A program made the translations under genes and the position numbers. Source: Rebecca billardiae RCC1528 (taxonomy: Eukaryota > Protista > Haptophyta). From it: a stretch of 64,000 nucleotides of DNA. Below, piece after piece: positions 43,258 to 56,000 of the stretch (its first letter is position 1; every line of letters begins with the position of its first letter). The stretch is taken from NCBI GenBank assembly GCA_965240325.2, contig OZ251250.1:186001-250000 (forward strand), in the 5' to 3' direction. The notes under the pieces were generated by a model, which did no database searches, was not told the origin of the DNA, and saw only the letters and a program-made list of their open reading frames with translations.

Positions 43258-46200
43258 ATGACCGACGCCTTGCTGCTCGCACACGCCGGTGCTCCCACCG
43301 GCGATGGCGCTGTGGCCGCGAGCTGCGCGCCGAGCGCCGCACCCGTCGCGCCGGCCGCGGGCGGCGGCGGCATGGCCAACCACCTGACCCCGCGCATGGC
43401 GAGCAGGCTGCGCGCGCTGCGCACGCGCAACCCCGAGGCCCCGCCCCATGGCCAGCCCAACGAGCCCGGCGGCGGCGCACGCAGGGACGCGTCGGAGCAC
43501 GCGGGCGCTCGCAAAGCGCCGCCGTTCCGCGCGCCGCCGCCGCCGACGGCGCGCGACGACGAGAACATCTTCGCGCAGAACATCGTGGACGACGAGGCGG
43601 CCGAGGCGCGCGGCTCGGACGCCCGCCAGCCCATCGAGGAGCGCGACGGGCTCAAGACGGCGTACCGCGTCGCGCGCGGCCTCTCGCGCGGCCTCTCACT
43701 TGGTGGCCTCTGCGCCGCCATCATTGTGAGTAATTTCTTGGCGTTCCGGGGCACGGACGCGCCGGTGGCGGCGGGGCTGGTGCTCGGCGTGCTCGGCTGG
43801 GTGCTCATGCTCCTCGTGCCGCTGCTCTTCGACCGCGAGCTGCGCAAGAAGCTCACCGGCTCCAAGCCCACCGACGCGATGCGCGAGCAGCTGCAGTCGA
43901 GCGCCTCGCGCGAGTCACCCGGCGGCGGTCGCGCGGCCGACGGCGCCCGCGGCGGCGGCGGCGGCGCGGAGGAGGGCGAGGAGTCGCTGCGCTGGGGGTG
44001 CGCGGCCTCGACGCCGCGGGGCGCGCCGAAGGGCGGCGTGCTGCGCCAGAAGCTCGTCACGCTGCGCGACGCCGTCGGCGGCGCGTCCGGCGGCGCGGCG
44101 GGCGACTCACGCGCGCGCGGCGCGCGGCCGGCCAAGCCGCCGCCGATGATGGCGCGCTGCCCGCCCGCGCACGGCCGCTCGAGCGCGACGCTGCGCACGT
44201 GGGGCGCGGCGGCGACGGGCACGGCGCGGCGGCAGGGCCCGGCGGCGCGCGCGCTCGGCCTCCTCCGCGAGCTCCGCGATGCGCGCCGGGGCGGCGGCGA
44301 GGCGCGCGCCGTGCGCTCGACGCTCGTGGAGGCGCGCGCGTGCGCTCGCGACGAGCTCCGCGCGCTGATGCGCGCGCTCTTCCGGGCGTACGACTCGCCG
44401 TCGTACTGGGTGTCGCGCACGGGGCGCTCGGTGGTGTGGTCGCTCGCGTACATCTGGTCCTCGTACTACCTCGTCGAGCGTGACCCCGCCACCGGCTACT
44501 GGGATTTTACCCACGTGCCGCGCCGCTTCCACCTCGCGGTTCAGATCTCGATCTGGGCGACCTCGTGCGATTACGTGTTCGAGGTGTTCGCGGCGGGCGG
44601 GTGGCAGTTCGTGCTCTCGTTCGGCTCGCTCGCGCTGCTCGTGCAGCAGCCCCTCTTCTTCGTGCTCATCGGCTGGCGCGAACACTTTGGCGCCGCCAGC
44701 GCCGACGAGCCGCACGGCGGCGGCGGCGGCGGCGGCGGCGACGGCAGGTTTGATTCTCTCGGGAACGTCGGGTCTCACTTTTCGGACGAGGTCGCCGTGC
44801 ACACCGACGGCCGGGCGGAGTTCTTCCTGCTGCAGTACGGCTGGCTGCGCTTCGTCGAGCTGTACCTGGTGAACACCACGACCCTCTCCAAGGCGCGCGT
44901 CACCTCCGTCCGCATCCAGGCCGTCTCGCTCGCCATTGGCATCCTTTGCATCCTGCTCACGATGGCGGGCTCGATCCACTCGTTCGAGGCGCCAAGCAGT
45001 TTGGCGCCGGCCTTCTCGTCGTTCGACCACTTCTTCTACTTCTCGCTCGTGACGATCACGACGGTGGGCTACGGTACGCGCGTGCGCGCGCGCGCGCGCG
45101 GGCTCGCCGCGGCTCGGTGCGCGGCGCCGGCACCCCGCGCGCGCGCGCGCACGCGGAGGGGAGGGCGGCAGGCTGCCTTGCGAATCGGCCCGCGCGCCCT
45201 CCGGGCGCTCAGCTCAGGCCGCGGCCGTCGCGCGCGGCGCGCCGCCGGCCCGCAGGCGACTTCTACCCGACGCACTTCCTGAGCCGCACGGCCGCGATGG
45301 CCGGCATCGTGATGGCGGTCACCTGGGTGCCCGTCCAGCTCCGGCGGCTGCAGGCGGCGCTGGCCCAGCAGCGCATGCAGCTGGGCGCGCCGCCGGAGCG
45401 CTCCGAGCCCTTTGTCCTGCTGTGCGGCCACATCTCCCGGACTCAGCTGCGCGTCTTCTTCCGGCAGGTGGCGGCGCACAAGGTGGCGTTCCCGTCGCGC
45501 TTCGTCGTGCTCTCCACCGCGCCGCTCTCCGAGCTCGACGTGCACAACACGCTCTCCCGCGACGAGCAGCGCCACACCTACCTCGAGCAGACGGATCTCC
45601 TGCAATCTCGCGCGCTCGGCACGGACTCGCACCGGCTCGCGCTGCGCAACGCGTGGGCGGTGTACGTGTTCAACTGCGGGGAGCAGCGCGCCGACGGCGG
45701 CGGCGGCGGCGGCGGCGCGCGCGCGCAGCCCGCGGACGACGACGGCGACCAGCAGACCACGATCCGCGTACTCACTTTACTCACGTTCGTGCGCCCGCGC
45801 CGGGTGTGCGTGCAGCTGCAGTCGCTGCACAACGCGGCGATGCTGCGCACGCTCGGCGTGCAGAACCTGCTCTGCCTCTCCGAGATGAAGATGCGCTGGC
45901 TCGGCAAGTCGGTCACCGACTGCCCGGGCGTGATCACCCTGCTCGCCAACCTCCTGCACACGGACCACGAGCTCAGGCGCGCGCACGAGCGCTCCGAAGG
46001 TGTCTCGGAGTTCCAGCGCGAGTACCTGGAGGGCGCGGCGTGCGAGCTGTTCGTGCACAGGCTGCCGGCGTGGGCGGTGGGCAAGGCGGCGCACCGGCTG
46101 TACGACGTGATGGCGCGCGTCGATGGGCTCATCCTCCTCGGCATCAAGGTGTCGCGCGCGCGCGCGCGCGAGGCGCGGCGGCGCCTGGTCGCGCGCGCCG

Positions 46201-48931
46201 GGGCGGGCCGCGCGCGAGCTCGGGCGTGCGCACGCGGCGCGCGGCGTTGCCACCGCCCACTCGCCGGCGCCCTCGCCGCAAGCCCCGCCCCGCGCATACC
46301 GCCGCCCACCCGCCCGCCCACCGCGCGCCCCACTGACCCTTGCCCCACACCCAACCCCTCCGTATCCGGCCGCCATGCTGATGGCACGATCAGCATGGCG
46401 ACCTCATGCAGATCTGGCGCGGCGACTTTGAGGTGAGCGCGGAGCACGCGGGCGTGTGGATCGGGCGCGACTTTGAGCAGGTGCGCGCCTTCTGCGAGCG
46501 CTCGCAGCCGCCGCCCTCGCTGCTCACGCTCGCGGCCGAGCGAACGGCCGCACGCAAGGCGGGCGGCGGCGCGGGCGCCGCCGATGGCGCGCCGCACGGA
46601 CAGCACGCTCGCTCGTCGATCCAGATCACGTCGCACATCCAGTGCGCGCTGGGCGCGGGGATGGGCACGTGCGCGGGCCCACGCGGCCGCCCGTCCGGCG
46701 GCGCCCGGGCGCTGCTGCTCGCCAGCGGCGCGCACGGCGCACGCGCGGGCGCAGGCGCGACGGCCGCCGCCGCTCACGGCGGCGCGGCGGGCGCGCGCGA
46801 GGCCGACGAGGGCGCGGCCGCGCGCGGCCGGCCGTGGAGCCTCGGCGCGGCGCACGGCTGCTCGGCGCGCGGCGTGGTCCCCCCGCCGGCCCAAACCCGG
46901 CTCTCCATCGACGCGGCGCACGCGAGCGCGCGGCCGGACGACTCACGCACCTCGGCGCGCGGCGGCGGCGCCGGCGCGGCGGACGTGGCAGAGGCCCTGG
47001 CGAGCTCGGCGCCGGCGTCCGAGGGCCCGCCCGCCGCCGTGCGGCGGCAGCCGACGATTGGGACGAGCATCGCGCTCGGGCTCGGCCTCGGCGACGCCTC
47101 CGCCGGCCGGCGCCACGCCAAGCGCGGCAGCACGCCCGGCGGCGGCACGACGGCGGCGGCGGCGGCGGCGAGCCGTTGGCTGCGCAGCTTGAGCTGTGAT
47201 GAGCGAGGTAGTGGCGGCGGCGCCGGCCGGCCGCGCGCCGCGCCGGAGCGCCAGCCGCCGCCGAGCAGCGCGGCTGCCGAGGGCGGCGGCGCGCCGCGCG
47301 CGCCCTCGCCGCCCGCCGAGCCGCGCACGCTGCCGCACGAGGCGCGGCGCGGCGTGCGCATCGTGCTCTGCGGCTGGCCGAGAAACGTCGAGAAGCTTCT
47401 CGAGATCTCGGCGCGATCTCCCGACGTGAAGTTCGTCATCTTCGCGCCGGTGCAGCCAGAGCACGCGTCGCTCTCCGCGCTGCGGCCGTTCCAGGACAAG
47501 TTCGTGTTTGTGCGCGGGCGGCCGCTCGACCGCGAGGAGCTCAAGCCGCTCATTCTCAAGCCCGGGCTGCACTCAGTGATCGTCTTCAACGAACAGCTCA
47601 CGGCCGCGGCGCCACTCGCGTCGCCCTTAGACGTGGTCGTGTGCGCGGCGAACGTCGAGTCAATGCTCCCGCCCGGGCAGGGCCGCGTGCAGGTGCTCGT
47701 CTCGCTGAGCTCGTCGGCGGACATGCGCTTCGTCGACCGCACGTCGTGGTGGCCCTCGAGCGAGGACCCCACCTACGGGTGCGCGCGCGCGCGCTCGGGC
47801 GCGCGCGCCGCGCCGCGCCCTCGCCACGATCAACCGACCGGCCGCCTGCGCGCCGCGCGACGCCGCCGGCGCAGGCACGTCTCGTCGCCCACGTTCGCGT
47901 CGGGCACGGTGATCGCCGACGAGATGCTGTACCCGCTGATGATGGGGTGGTACAAGCACGGGCTGATCGAGTTCTGCAACAAGCTGACCGACTCGGTGCT
48001 CGACCCGACGGAGGTGCGGCTCGTGCCCGCGCCGAGCGCCAAGCAGTTTGGCGCCGGCGTGGCGCGGCCGCGCAGCTACGGCGAGCTTGTGCCGCCGATG
48101 ATGGCGGCGGGCATGCTGCCGATCGCGCTGTACCGGCGGCGCGTGGGCAGGTCGGCCAAGTACATGCAGCCGTACGTGCTGACGAACCCCGCGCACGGCA
48201 CGCAGCTGCGCTCGTCCGACCGCGTGTACGTGCTCATGCGGAACAACGCGAATTCGGTCTATTCGAATCATTCTTCCGCTGCTGCTGCCTCGGGGCGGGC
48301 GGGCGCCGCGCCTTGCCCGAGTGACGACTGTGCCGCCGGTCGGCGCAACTACAACTACGCGGCGTCGGTGAAGCGGCTCGAGCGCGCGGCGCGCACGATC
48401 CAGCGGCACTACCGGATGGCCGCCGAGGCGGCGTGGGAGGCGCAGTACTGGGGCGCGCGCGCCGTCGAGGCGCGCGCGGCCGAGCACGCGCGCGAGCGCG
48501 CGCGCGCGCGCTCGTCTGCGCCGCCGCGCGCGCTCGCGCGCCACGGCAGCGCCGAGCTCGCGCGCAAGCTGGGGATGCGCCTGCCGTCGGTGGGCGCGGT
48601 GGAGGTGGAATACGGTGGCGAGCGCGCGAGCGGCAGCCGGCGCGCCTCGGCGGGCGCGTCCGCCCTCGCCGCCGCCGAGCACGCGGCGCGGCGTCGCAGC
48701 TCGGCCGCACCCGCCGCACCCGCCGCCGCCGCCGCCGCGCCACGCCCTCGGCCGCAGCCCGGGAGCCTCCCGTGGGCGGAGCCGATGGGCGAGGAGCAGC
48801 CTGGCGCAGAGGTCGATGGGAGCCCGCCGTCGGACACCGTGCGCCCCTTCGGCCCCGACGACGGTGCGCACGCGCCGGCAGGCTGCCAGTCGCGACTGGC
48901 GTCAGCGGTGGCCGCCATCGTGGACATCTGA
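43258..48931 (+). CDS. Slo/BK-type potassium channel with RCK domains; exons ~43258-45073, 45256-46148, 46412-47778, 47875-48931
   Basis: Pore YFSLVTITTVGYG|DFYP, split by intron 45074-45255. RCK1: FVLLCGHI..DDDGDQQTTIRVL..CLSEMKMRWLGKSVTDCPGVITLLANL..EYLEG. RCK2: IVLCGW..FASG..SYGELV..LPIALYR..YVLTNP...LRSSDRVYVL. The start codon is uncertain. Confidence 0.9.
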
Positions 48932-49090
48932 TGCGATTGTCCCGCCTTCTCAGGCGACGAGCCGGACCGGAAGGTCTGAAAACACTAAAACAGCGCCGAG
49001 CCGTCCGAAAGGGTGAGTTCCGAGCACTTTCGCTTTCGACAGCGCGCGGCCCAACACGCAAACACCCGTCCACGCCCCTCCGCCGCGACG

Positions 49091-50317
49091 ATGACTGCCG
49101 CCTCGGCGAAGAAGGCCGCCGTCTGGTGCTTCTGCGCGGCGACCTGCCTCGGCGTGCTGAGCGTGGGCGTCCTCATCAGCTCCAACATCATCCCCGCCGC
49201 CATGCGCTGCGTCGACTCGTGCAACTCGGACGGGCTGGCGTGCGTCGGCGCGCTCGCATGCGCATGCGAGTGCGACGGCGGTCCCGCGAACGCGTCGCAG
49301 CCGGCAGTCTCGCTCGGGCTGGGCGAGGAGGAGTGCTCGGGGCTGAAGGAGGCCCTGACCGAGCACTACAAGGCAACCATGTTCGACGCGCTCCACGACC
49401 ACTTCCACCACGGCCACCACAGCCACCACGACCACGGCCCAGACCAGAATCACCACCGCCACCAAGACCACACGGCGGAGCAGGCGGGCGAGAGGCACTG
49501 GCGCACGGACGGGCGCCACGGCGAGGCTGACGACGACCACCACCGCGGCTGGGGCGGCGAGGGCGACGACGCCGACGAGGACCGCCGCCGTCGTCTCGCC
49601 GCGCACGAGCCCGGCGACGGCGGCGACAACGACCCGCGTGCGCACCGCGGCTGGAGCGGCAGCGACGGCTCGTCCCACGAGCCGTGGCGCTTGTGGGCCG
49701 ACGCGGAGCACGACGGCGACGACCACGGCTGGGAGCAGCGCGCTCGGCTCGCGCGCGCGCGGCTGCAGGCTGCGACGGCGCGCGCGCAGGGCGTCTGCGC
49801 GCTGCAGCTGAGCGCCGACCCTACCGCGATGGCGGCATGCCCCGACTTCCGCGCAGCGGGCGCGGCGGCCACGCAGCAGCCGTCGGGCCAAGCCCGCTTC
49901 GAGCGCGCGCGCGCGCGCGCGCCCGGCTTCGACGCCTGCGCCGCGCAGCACGCCGAGTGCCTGGCCACGGTGCCGGCCACGTGCGTGGACAAGCGCGCCG
50001 CCGGCGCGGCCGCGGCGCTCGCGGCGCTCGGCGCGCTCTGCGCCAGCCTCGGCGTGGTCATGCTGCTCGCGTCCTGCTGGGCTGGGCGCGCGCGCGGCGT
50101 GGCGCGCGCGCGCGCGTACGCGCGCGCGCTGCGCGAGGCGCACCGTGCCGAGCAAGCATGCTGCTCAGTGGCGGCCGGTCGGGCGGCGCGCTGCGACCGC
50201 GCCGCGTCGGTGGCGCCGTGGCACCGCATGGCCCAGGAGGCTGACGAGGAGATCCCTGTCGCCAAGGCCGTCCCCGCGTACCCCGGCTGCGAGAAGCCCG
50301 TCACCACGGGCTGGTGA
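49091..50317 (+). CDS. Membrane-anchored protein with Cys-rich and His/Asp-rich luminal region, function unknown
   Basis: N-terminal hydrophobic helix, Cys cluster, HDHFHHGHHSHHDH tract, RRRRL motif, second Cys cluster, C-terminal TM (ALAALGALCASLGVVMLLASC). GC3-rich coding-like codons. Confidence 0.7.
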   Translation: MTAASAKKAAVWCFCAATCLGVLSVGVLISSNIIPAAMRCVDSCNSDGLACVGALACACECDGGPANASQPAVSLGLGEEECSGLKEALTEHYKATMFDALHDHFHHGHHSHHDHGPDQNHHRHQDHTAEQAGERHWRTDGRHGEADDDHHRGWGGEGDDADEDRRRRLAAHEPGDGGDNDPRAHRGWSGSDGSSHEPWRLWADAEHDGDDHGWEQRARLARARLQAATARAQGVCALQLSADPTAMAACPDFRAAGAAATQQPSGQARFERARARAPGFDACAAQHAECLATVPATCVDKRAAGAAAALAALGALCASLGVVMLLASCWAGRARGVARARAYARALREAHRAEQACCSVAAGRAARCDRAASVAPWHRMAQEADEEIPVAKAVPAYPGCEKPVTTGW

Positions 50318-50799
50318 CGGGGCCTTCGCCGAGTGACGCATACGAGGCGCCGGTCGCAGAGTCAGAAGCATCCGACAGGCGCTACTTACACTCAGCACTC
50401 ATCTGACATCAGTGATGATGACGACGACTCTTCTTCGGAGCTGCCTGCCACATACTGATGCTGATAATAGACAGTTTAATAGTACGCCGGCTTAGTGCCG
50501 CTGCAGCGGTCCGAGCAGGCCGCGTGCGGTTCGGTTTGTCATCACTACGTCGTGGCGGCTGCGGAGGTGCTGCTGCCTGCTGTTCTGACGACGCTGCTGA
50601 GGACTATATGACGACTCCGACTGATGACGCGAATGACGATCATCACAGTGCACTACAGTCTCGTCGACGTCGTCGCCCGGGCCAAGCCGCACGCGCAGCA
50701 AGGCCAAGGGCTTCTTTGCTTGCCCTTGGTTTTATCGAATGACGATGACGCCATGATGAAAATGAAAATCGCCGCGCCATCGACGACCGCGATCGAACG

Positions 50800-51351
50800 A
50801 TGGCGTACGTGGCCGAGCCCCTCGGCGCAAGCGCTGGCGTCGCCCCCGCGTGGCCGGCGCCCATCTCACCGGGCGGCGTCACCCCTTCCGCACCGCGTGC
50901 GCGTGCGCAGGTACCATCAGAGTCGCGCGTCGACAGCGAACAAGGAGGTCAAGGTGCGCGTCGCGTGCCGCGCGCGCGCGCTCGCGCCGACGCACGGCGT
51001 CGGCCACGCGCGCTCACGCGCGCCCGCCGCGACCGCGCGCCTCGCGCCGCGCAGGAACGAAACGAGGAGGAGGAGTTCGCGACGGGCCCGTTGTCCGTGC
51101 TCACGCAGTCCGTCAAGAACAACACGCAGGTCCTCATCAACTGCCGCAACAACAAGAAGCTGCTTGGCCGTGTGCGCGCGTTCGATCGGCACTGCAACAT
51201 GGTGCTCGAGAACGTGAAAGAAATGTGGACGGAGATGCCGAAGGCGGGGAAGGGGAAGAAGGCGGCGAAGCCGGTGAACCGCGACCGCTTCATCCCCAAG
51301 ATGTTCCTGCGCGGCGACTCGGTCATCATCGTGCTGAGGAACCCAAAGTGA
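50800..51351 (+). CDS. SNRPD2: Small nuclear ribonucleoprotein Sm D2; exons 50800-50804, 50911-50953, 51055-51351
   Basis: [84 protein letters not shown]. Two GT-AG introns give [24 protein letters not shown]. Confidence 0.97.
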   Translation: MAYVAEPLGASAGVAPAWPAPISPGGVTPSAPRARAQVPSESRVDSEQGGQGARRVPRARARADARRRPRALTRARRDRAPRAAQERNEEEEFATGPLSVLTQSVKNNTQVLINCRNNKKLLGRVRAFDRHCNMVLENVKEMWTEMPKAGKGKKAAKPVNRDRFIPKMFLRGDSVIIVLRNPK

Positions 51352-51890
51352 TGCGAGGCGGGCGGCGCGGCGGCGCGGCGGGTCGGGCGGCGCGGCGCGG
51401 CCGCCGATGGCCGAGGGCGCGTGAGACGGCGCGCCGGCCAGCTGGGTTGCTGGCACGTCCATGGCGGCACGGGCGCTGGGGGCGTCCCGGTCGGCGCACG
51501 CGTCGTGCGTGGGGCCCTGTGCACGGTGGCGGACGAGAGTCTCGGGTGCGCTGACTGACTACAGGCCCGGATGGCCCCGATGGCCATCACACGGCCGCAG
51601 CGGCGCGGTACCAGGCTCTTGAGCGTTGAACTTCATATCATCATCGTCATCATCAATGCGCTGTAGCCGGGGATAGACAGTAGTCAGTAGTGCGGATGGC
51701 ACTGGCTGCACACCGCGCTGCGGCCGACGGGTGTGCGGCCGCCGAGCCGGCCGAGCCCGGGCTCTGCAAAGGGCCCGATGGATGAGGCTGCCCGCTGCTC
51801 ACCACCTTAGTCCGGTGCTTGGCGATCGGACGACGGACGGCGGCCGGGCGCTCGGGCGCCCACGAGAAGCGAAGGCGCCCGCCCCGAAGC

Positions 51891-53014
51891 ATGGAGGGCC
51901 CGCCGGCCGAGCACCGCGGCGCGCGGGGGGGCGAGCGGCCGGGTGAGCGCTGCGGCGACTCGGACTACGCGGTGGGCGAGCGGGTGTGGTACACCGCCGA
52001 CCTCGCCAACCGCTCGACCCGCTGCACCGCGCGCATCCTCCGCTGGAGGCAAGCCGAGTGCCGGCGGCGCGCCGGCCGCGGCGCGCGCTCGGGCGCGCGC
52101 GCGGACGCGGTCGAGGTGGAGCTGCTGCACATCGCGCGGAACACGCGCGAGTGGGTGATGCTGGAGCACGTGGCCGCGTACTCCGACGCGCACCTCGCGC
52201 CCGCGCCGCCGCGCGCGCGCGCGACCGTCGCCGCGGGCGGCGGCGCGCCGGATGCGGTGGTGCCGCGCGGTGGCAGTGGCGGTGGCGTGGCTCCGACGGC
52301 GGGAGCGGCAAGCGCATCCCAAAGGGCGCGGGCGCCTGCGGGGCCGCCGGCGCCCGTGCCCTTTGAAGTGCGCCTGCTGCTCCCGACGTCCGAGCTGCCC
52401 CGCGCCGCGGACCCGCCGCCCGACGGTCTGGCGGCCGGCCGTGGCGAGCGCTCCGGCGGCGGCGCCGGCGGCGGCGGCGGCGCGCACGCGGCCGAGCGCA
52501 GCCGCGGGCTGGGCGCGGCGGGCTCCGGCCCGCGGACGTCCTCCTCACCCGGCGCGTGCGCGCACGCCGCCGCCGACGACGCGAGCTGCGCGCTCCTCTC
52601 CGCCGGACTGCCTGACGCCGCCGCGTCGGTGCCGCCGGCGCGCACCGCCGCGCCGCAGCCACCGCCGGGGCCAGGCACCGGACCGCCGGGGCCAGGCACC
52701 GGACCGCCGGCGGCGGGCACCGGACAGGGTGGGTGCATGACATCCGCGGCGCCGGTGCCATCGGTGGTGCAGGAGCTGACGGACGCGGCGGCGCGGGCGA
52801 TGGCGCGGCGCCGCGCGGCGGGCGGCGCAGGGCTCGTACGGTCTGGGCTAGGCGGCCCTACATTAGGGTTAGGGTTAGGGTTAGGGTTAGGGTTAGGGTT
52901 AGGGTTAGGGTTAGGGTTAGGCGGTCCGTCCACGGCCGCCCGAAGCCACGGCAGTGTGACCGGCCTGGCAGACGCGGGCGGCGGCGGTGGCGAAATGGAC
53001 GCGGACGACGACGG

Positions 53015-53046
<32 letters not shown>

Positions 53047-56000
53047 CCACCGCGCCGTGCCTCGACCAAGTGGGTGCACAGACGGCGGCGGCGGCGGCGG
53101 CGAGCACAGCGGCCGCGGCCGCAGCCGCGCACGCCGCGCGCGGCGCGGCGGAGCGCGCGGCGTGTGCCGCCGAGCTGGCTGTCGTCGAGGCGGAGGCGCG
53201 CGGCGCGCACGCGGAGGCGGCCGCGGCGCGCTCGGCGCGCGCGCACGCGGAGGTGCGGGCTGCGCTCGAGGCGCTGGTCGGCGCAGTCGAGGCGGACGCC
53301 GGCGCGCGCGCACTCGCCGACGCGCGCGCGGCCGAGGCCGAGGCGCGCGCGGCCGCGAACGATGTCGCGGGCTGGGCGATGCGCACGGTGAACAGCGCGG
53401 CGCTCGCGGCGGAGGCGCGCGCGGAGGCGCGGTGCGGCGCTGAGCGCGGCGTGCACGAGCTGCGCGCCGCGCTGCTCAGCGCCGAGCTCGCCGACGCCGA
53501 GGCCGCCGCGGCCGCGGCGCTGCGCAGCCGCGCGGCCGCGCTGCAGCGCCAGGGTCAAGAGTACGTCGCGCGCGTGCGCGCGGAGGGGCGGGCGCGCGCG
53601 CACGCCACCCGAGCCACGGAGCTCGGTGCGGCGGCGAGTGCGGTGCGCGCGCAGGCCGAGCGCGACGTGGCTGCCCACGCGGAGGCGGGCCGGACTGTCC
53701 TGCGCGCGCTCATGGCGGAGCGCGCGACGAGCGATGGGCTGCGCTCGTGGCTGAGCACGGCGCGGCAGCCGCAGCCGTGGTCGCTGCCGCAGCCGCAGCC
53801 GCAGCCGCAGCCGTGGTCGCTGCCGCAGCCGCAACCGCAGCCGCAGCCGCAGCCGCAACCGCAGCCGCAGCCGCAGCCGCAGCCGCAGTTGCAGCCGCAG
53901 CCGCTGCCGCAGCCGCTGCCGCAGCCGCAGCCGCAGCCGCAGCCGCAGCCGCAGTTGCAGCCGCAGCCGCAGCCGCAGTTGCAGCCGCAGTTGCAGTTGC
54001 AGCCGCTGCCGCAGCCGCAGTTGCAGCCGCAGCCGCAGCCGCAGCCGCAGCCGCAGCCGCAGCCGCAGCCGCAGCCGCAGCCGCAGCCGCAGCCGCAGCC
54101 GCAGCCGCAGCCGCAGCCGCAGCTGCAGTTGCAGCCGCAGTTGCAGCCTCAGCCGCTGCCGCAGCCGCAGTTGCAGCCGCAGCCGCAGCCGCAGCCGCAG
54201 CCGCAGCCGCAGCCGCAGTTGCAGCCGCAGCCGCAGCCGCAGTTGCAGCCGCAGTTGCAGCCGCAGCCGCTGCCGCAGCCGCAGTTGCAGCCGCAGCCGC
54301 AGCCGCAGCCGCAGCCGCAGCCGCAGCCGCAGTTGCAGCCGCAGCCGCAGCCGCAGTTGCAGCCGCAGTTGCAGCCGCAGTTGCAGCCGCAGCCGCTGCC
54401 GCTGCCGCAGCCGCAGCCGCAGCCGCAGCCGCAGCCGCAGTTGCAGCCGCAGTTGCAGCCGCAGCCGCAGCCGCAGCCGCAGTTGCAGCCGCAGCCGCAG
54501 CCGCAGCCGCAGCTGCAGTTGCAGCCGCAGTTGCAGCCTCAGCCGCTGCCGCAGCCGCAGTTGCAGCCGCAGCCGCAGCCGCAGCCGCAGCCGCAGCCGC
54601 AGCCGCAGTTGCAGCCGCAGCCGCAGCCGCAGCCGCAGCCGCAGCCGCAGCCGCAGCCGCAGCCGCAGCCGCAGCCGCAGTTGCAGCCGCAGTTGCAGCC
54701 GCAGCCGCAGCCGCAGCCGCAGCCGCAGCCGCAGCCGCAGCCGCAGCCGCAGCCGCAGCCGCAGCCGCAGCCGCAGCCGCAGCCGCAGCCGCAGCCGCAG
54801 CCGCAGCCGCTGCCGCAGCCACAGTTGCAGCCGCCGTTGCAGCCGCACCCGCCCCAGCCGGCCGCCGCCGTCGGCGCGCACGGCGGCGGCGCAAGCACGC
54901 ACGCGCCGCTGAGCGCGCCGGCGGCCGAGCAGCTGCGCGCGCGTGAGGCCGAGATCGAGTCTGCGCGCGCCGAGATCGAATCTGCGCGCGCCGAGATCGA
55001 AACTGCGCGCGCGGAGCTCGAGGCCGCGCGCGCGGCGCTCGAGGCGCGGGGCCGACGGCTCGAGCTCGAAGAGGTGGCGCCGTCCGCGCAGCGCCGCTCG
55101 CGCGAAGCCGCGCTCCGCGCCCAGCTCGCCGCACGCGACGCGAAGATCGAGGCCCTGCGCGCGGCGCTCCGCGTGCGGCGCGGCGGCAGCGACGGCTCGG
55201 AGACGGAGGGATCGGATACCGGCGGATCAGATACCGACGGCGCGGGGGGCGACGAGGAGGGCGGCGGCTGCCGGCCGAGCGTTCGCATCAGACTGAGCGG
55301 CGAGGGCGTGCTTGGCGGCCGCGCGGCGGCGGCGGGCGCGGCGGCGGCGGCGGGCGCGGGCGAGCGGCGCAGTGGCAAGCGCAAGCGCGGCGCCGCCGAG
55401 CCCGCGCTTGCCGCGGCGGCGACGGCCGGCGGCCGCGGTCGGGGCCGCGGTCGGGGCCGTGGTCGGGGCCGCGGCCGCGGCCGCGGCGCGGCCGCGCATC
55501 TCGTGGGCGGCGCGGCCGCGCCGGGCGGCGGCGGCGCCGTCGGCGCCGACGCCGACGCGCCCTTGGCGCCGCTGCTGCGCGCCGTGCGGCAAATGCGCGA
55601 CACCGCGCCGCGGCTCGGCGAGCGCGAGATCGCAATCTCGGCGCTCGACGCGGCGGAGGCGCCCGAGCGCGTGCTTCGCCACGCGCTCTCGTCCCTCGAC
55701 GACTTGCACCGCGGGCGGCACTGGCGGCGCGCGCTGCGCGTGCGCTTCGTCGACGCGCGCGGCGCGCGGCGCGCGCAGGACACGATGCAGCCGGGCGTGG
55801 ACGAGGGCGGGCTCAGCCGCCATTTCTACTCGTGCCTCTTCGACGCGGCGCGGCGGCCGTGCGCGGGCGGGCTGCGCTTCCCGCTGCTCGTGCGCCCGTG
55901 CGCCTCCGCCGCGTTCCTGCTGCCGCTGCCCGACGCGCATTGGGACGGCGGGGAGCCGCCCCGGACTGCCAGCCTTCCGCCGCCGGAGCCGCCCCGGACT

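Noticed and set aside
52863-52921. True chromosome end or mis-join at TTAGGG
   Set aside because: The array is short and the reading frame continues on both sides.
52917-55134. Long poly-Ala, poly-LR and poly-CG ORFs
   Set aside because: They are alternative-frame and antisense shadows of the (CAGCCG)n array.
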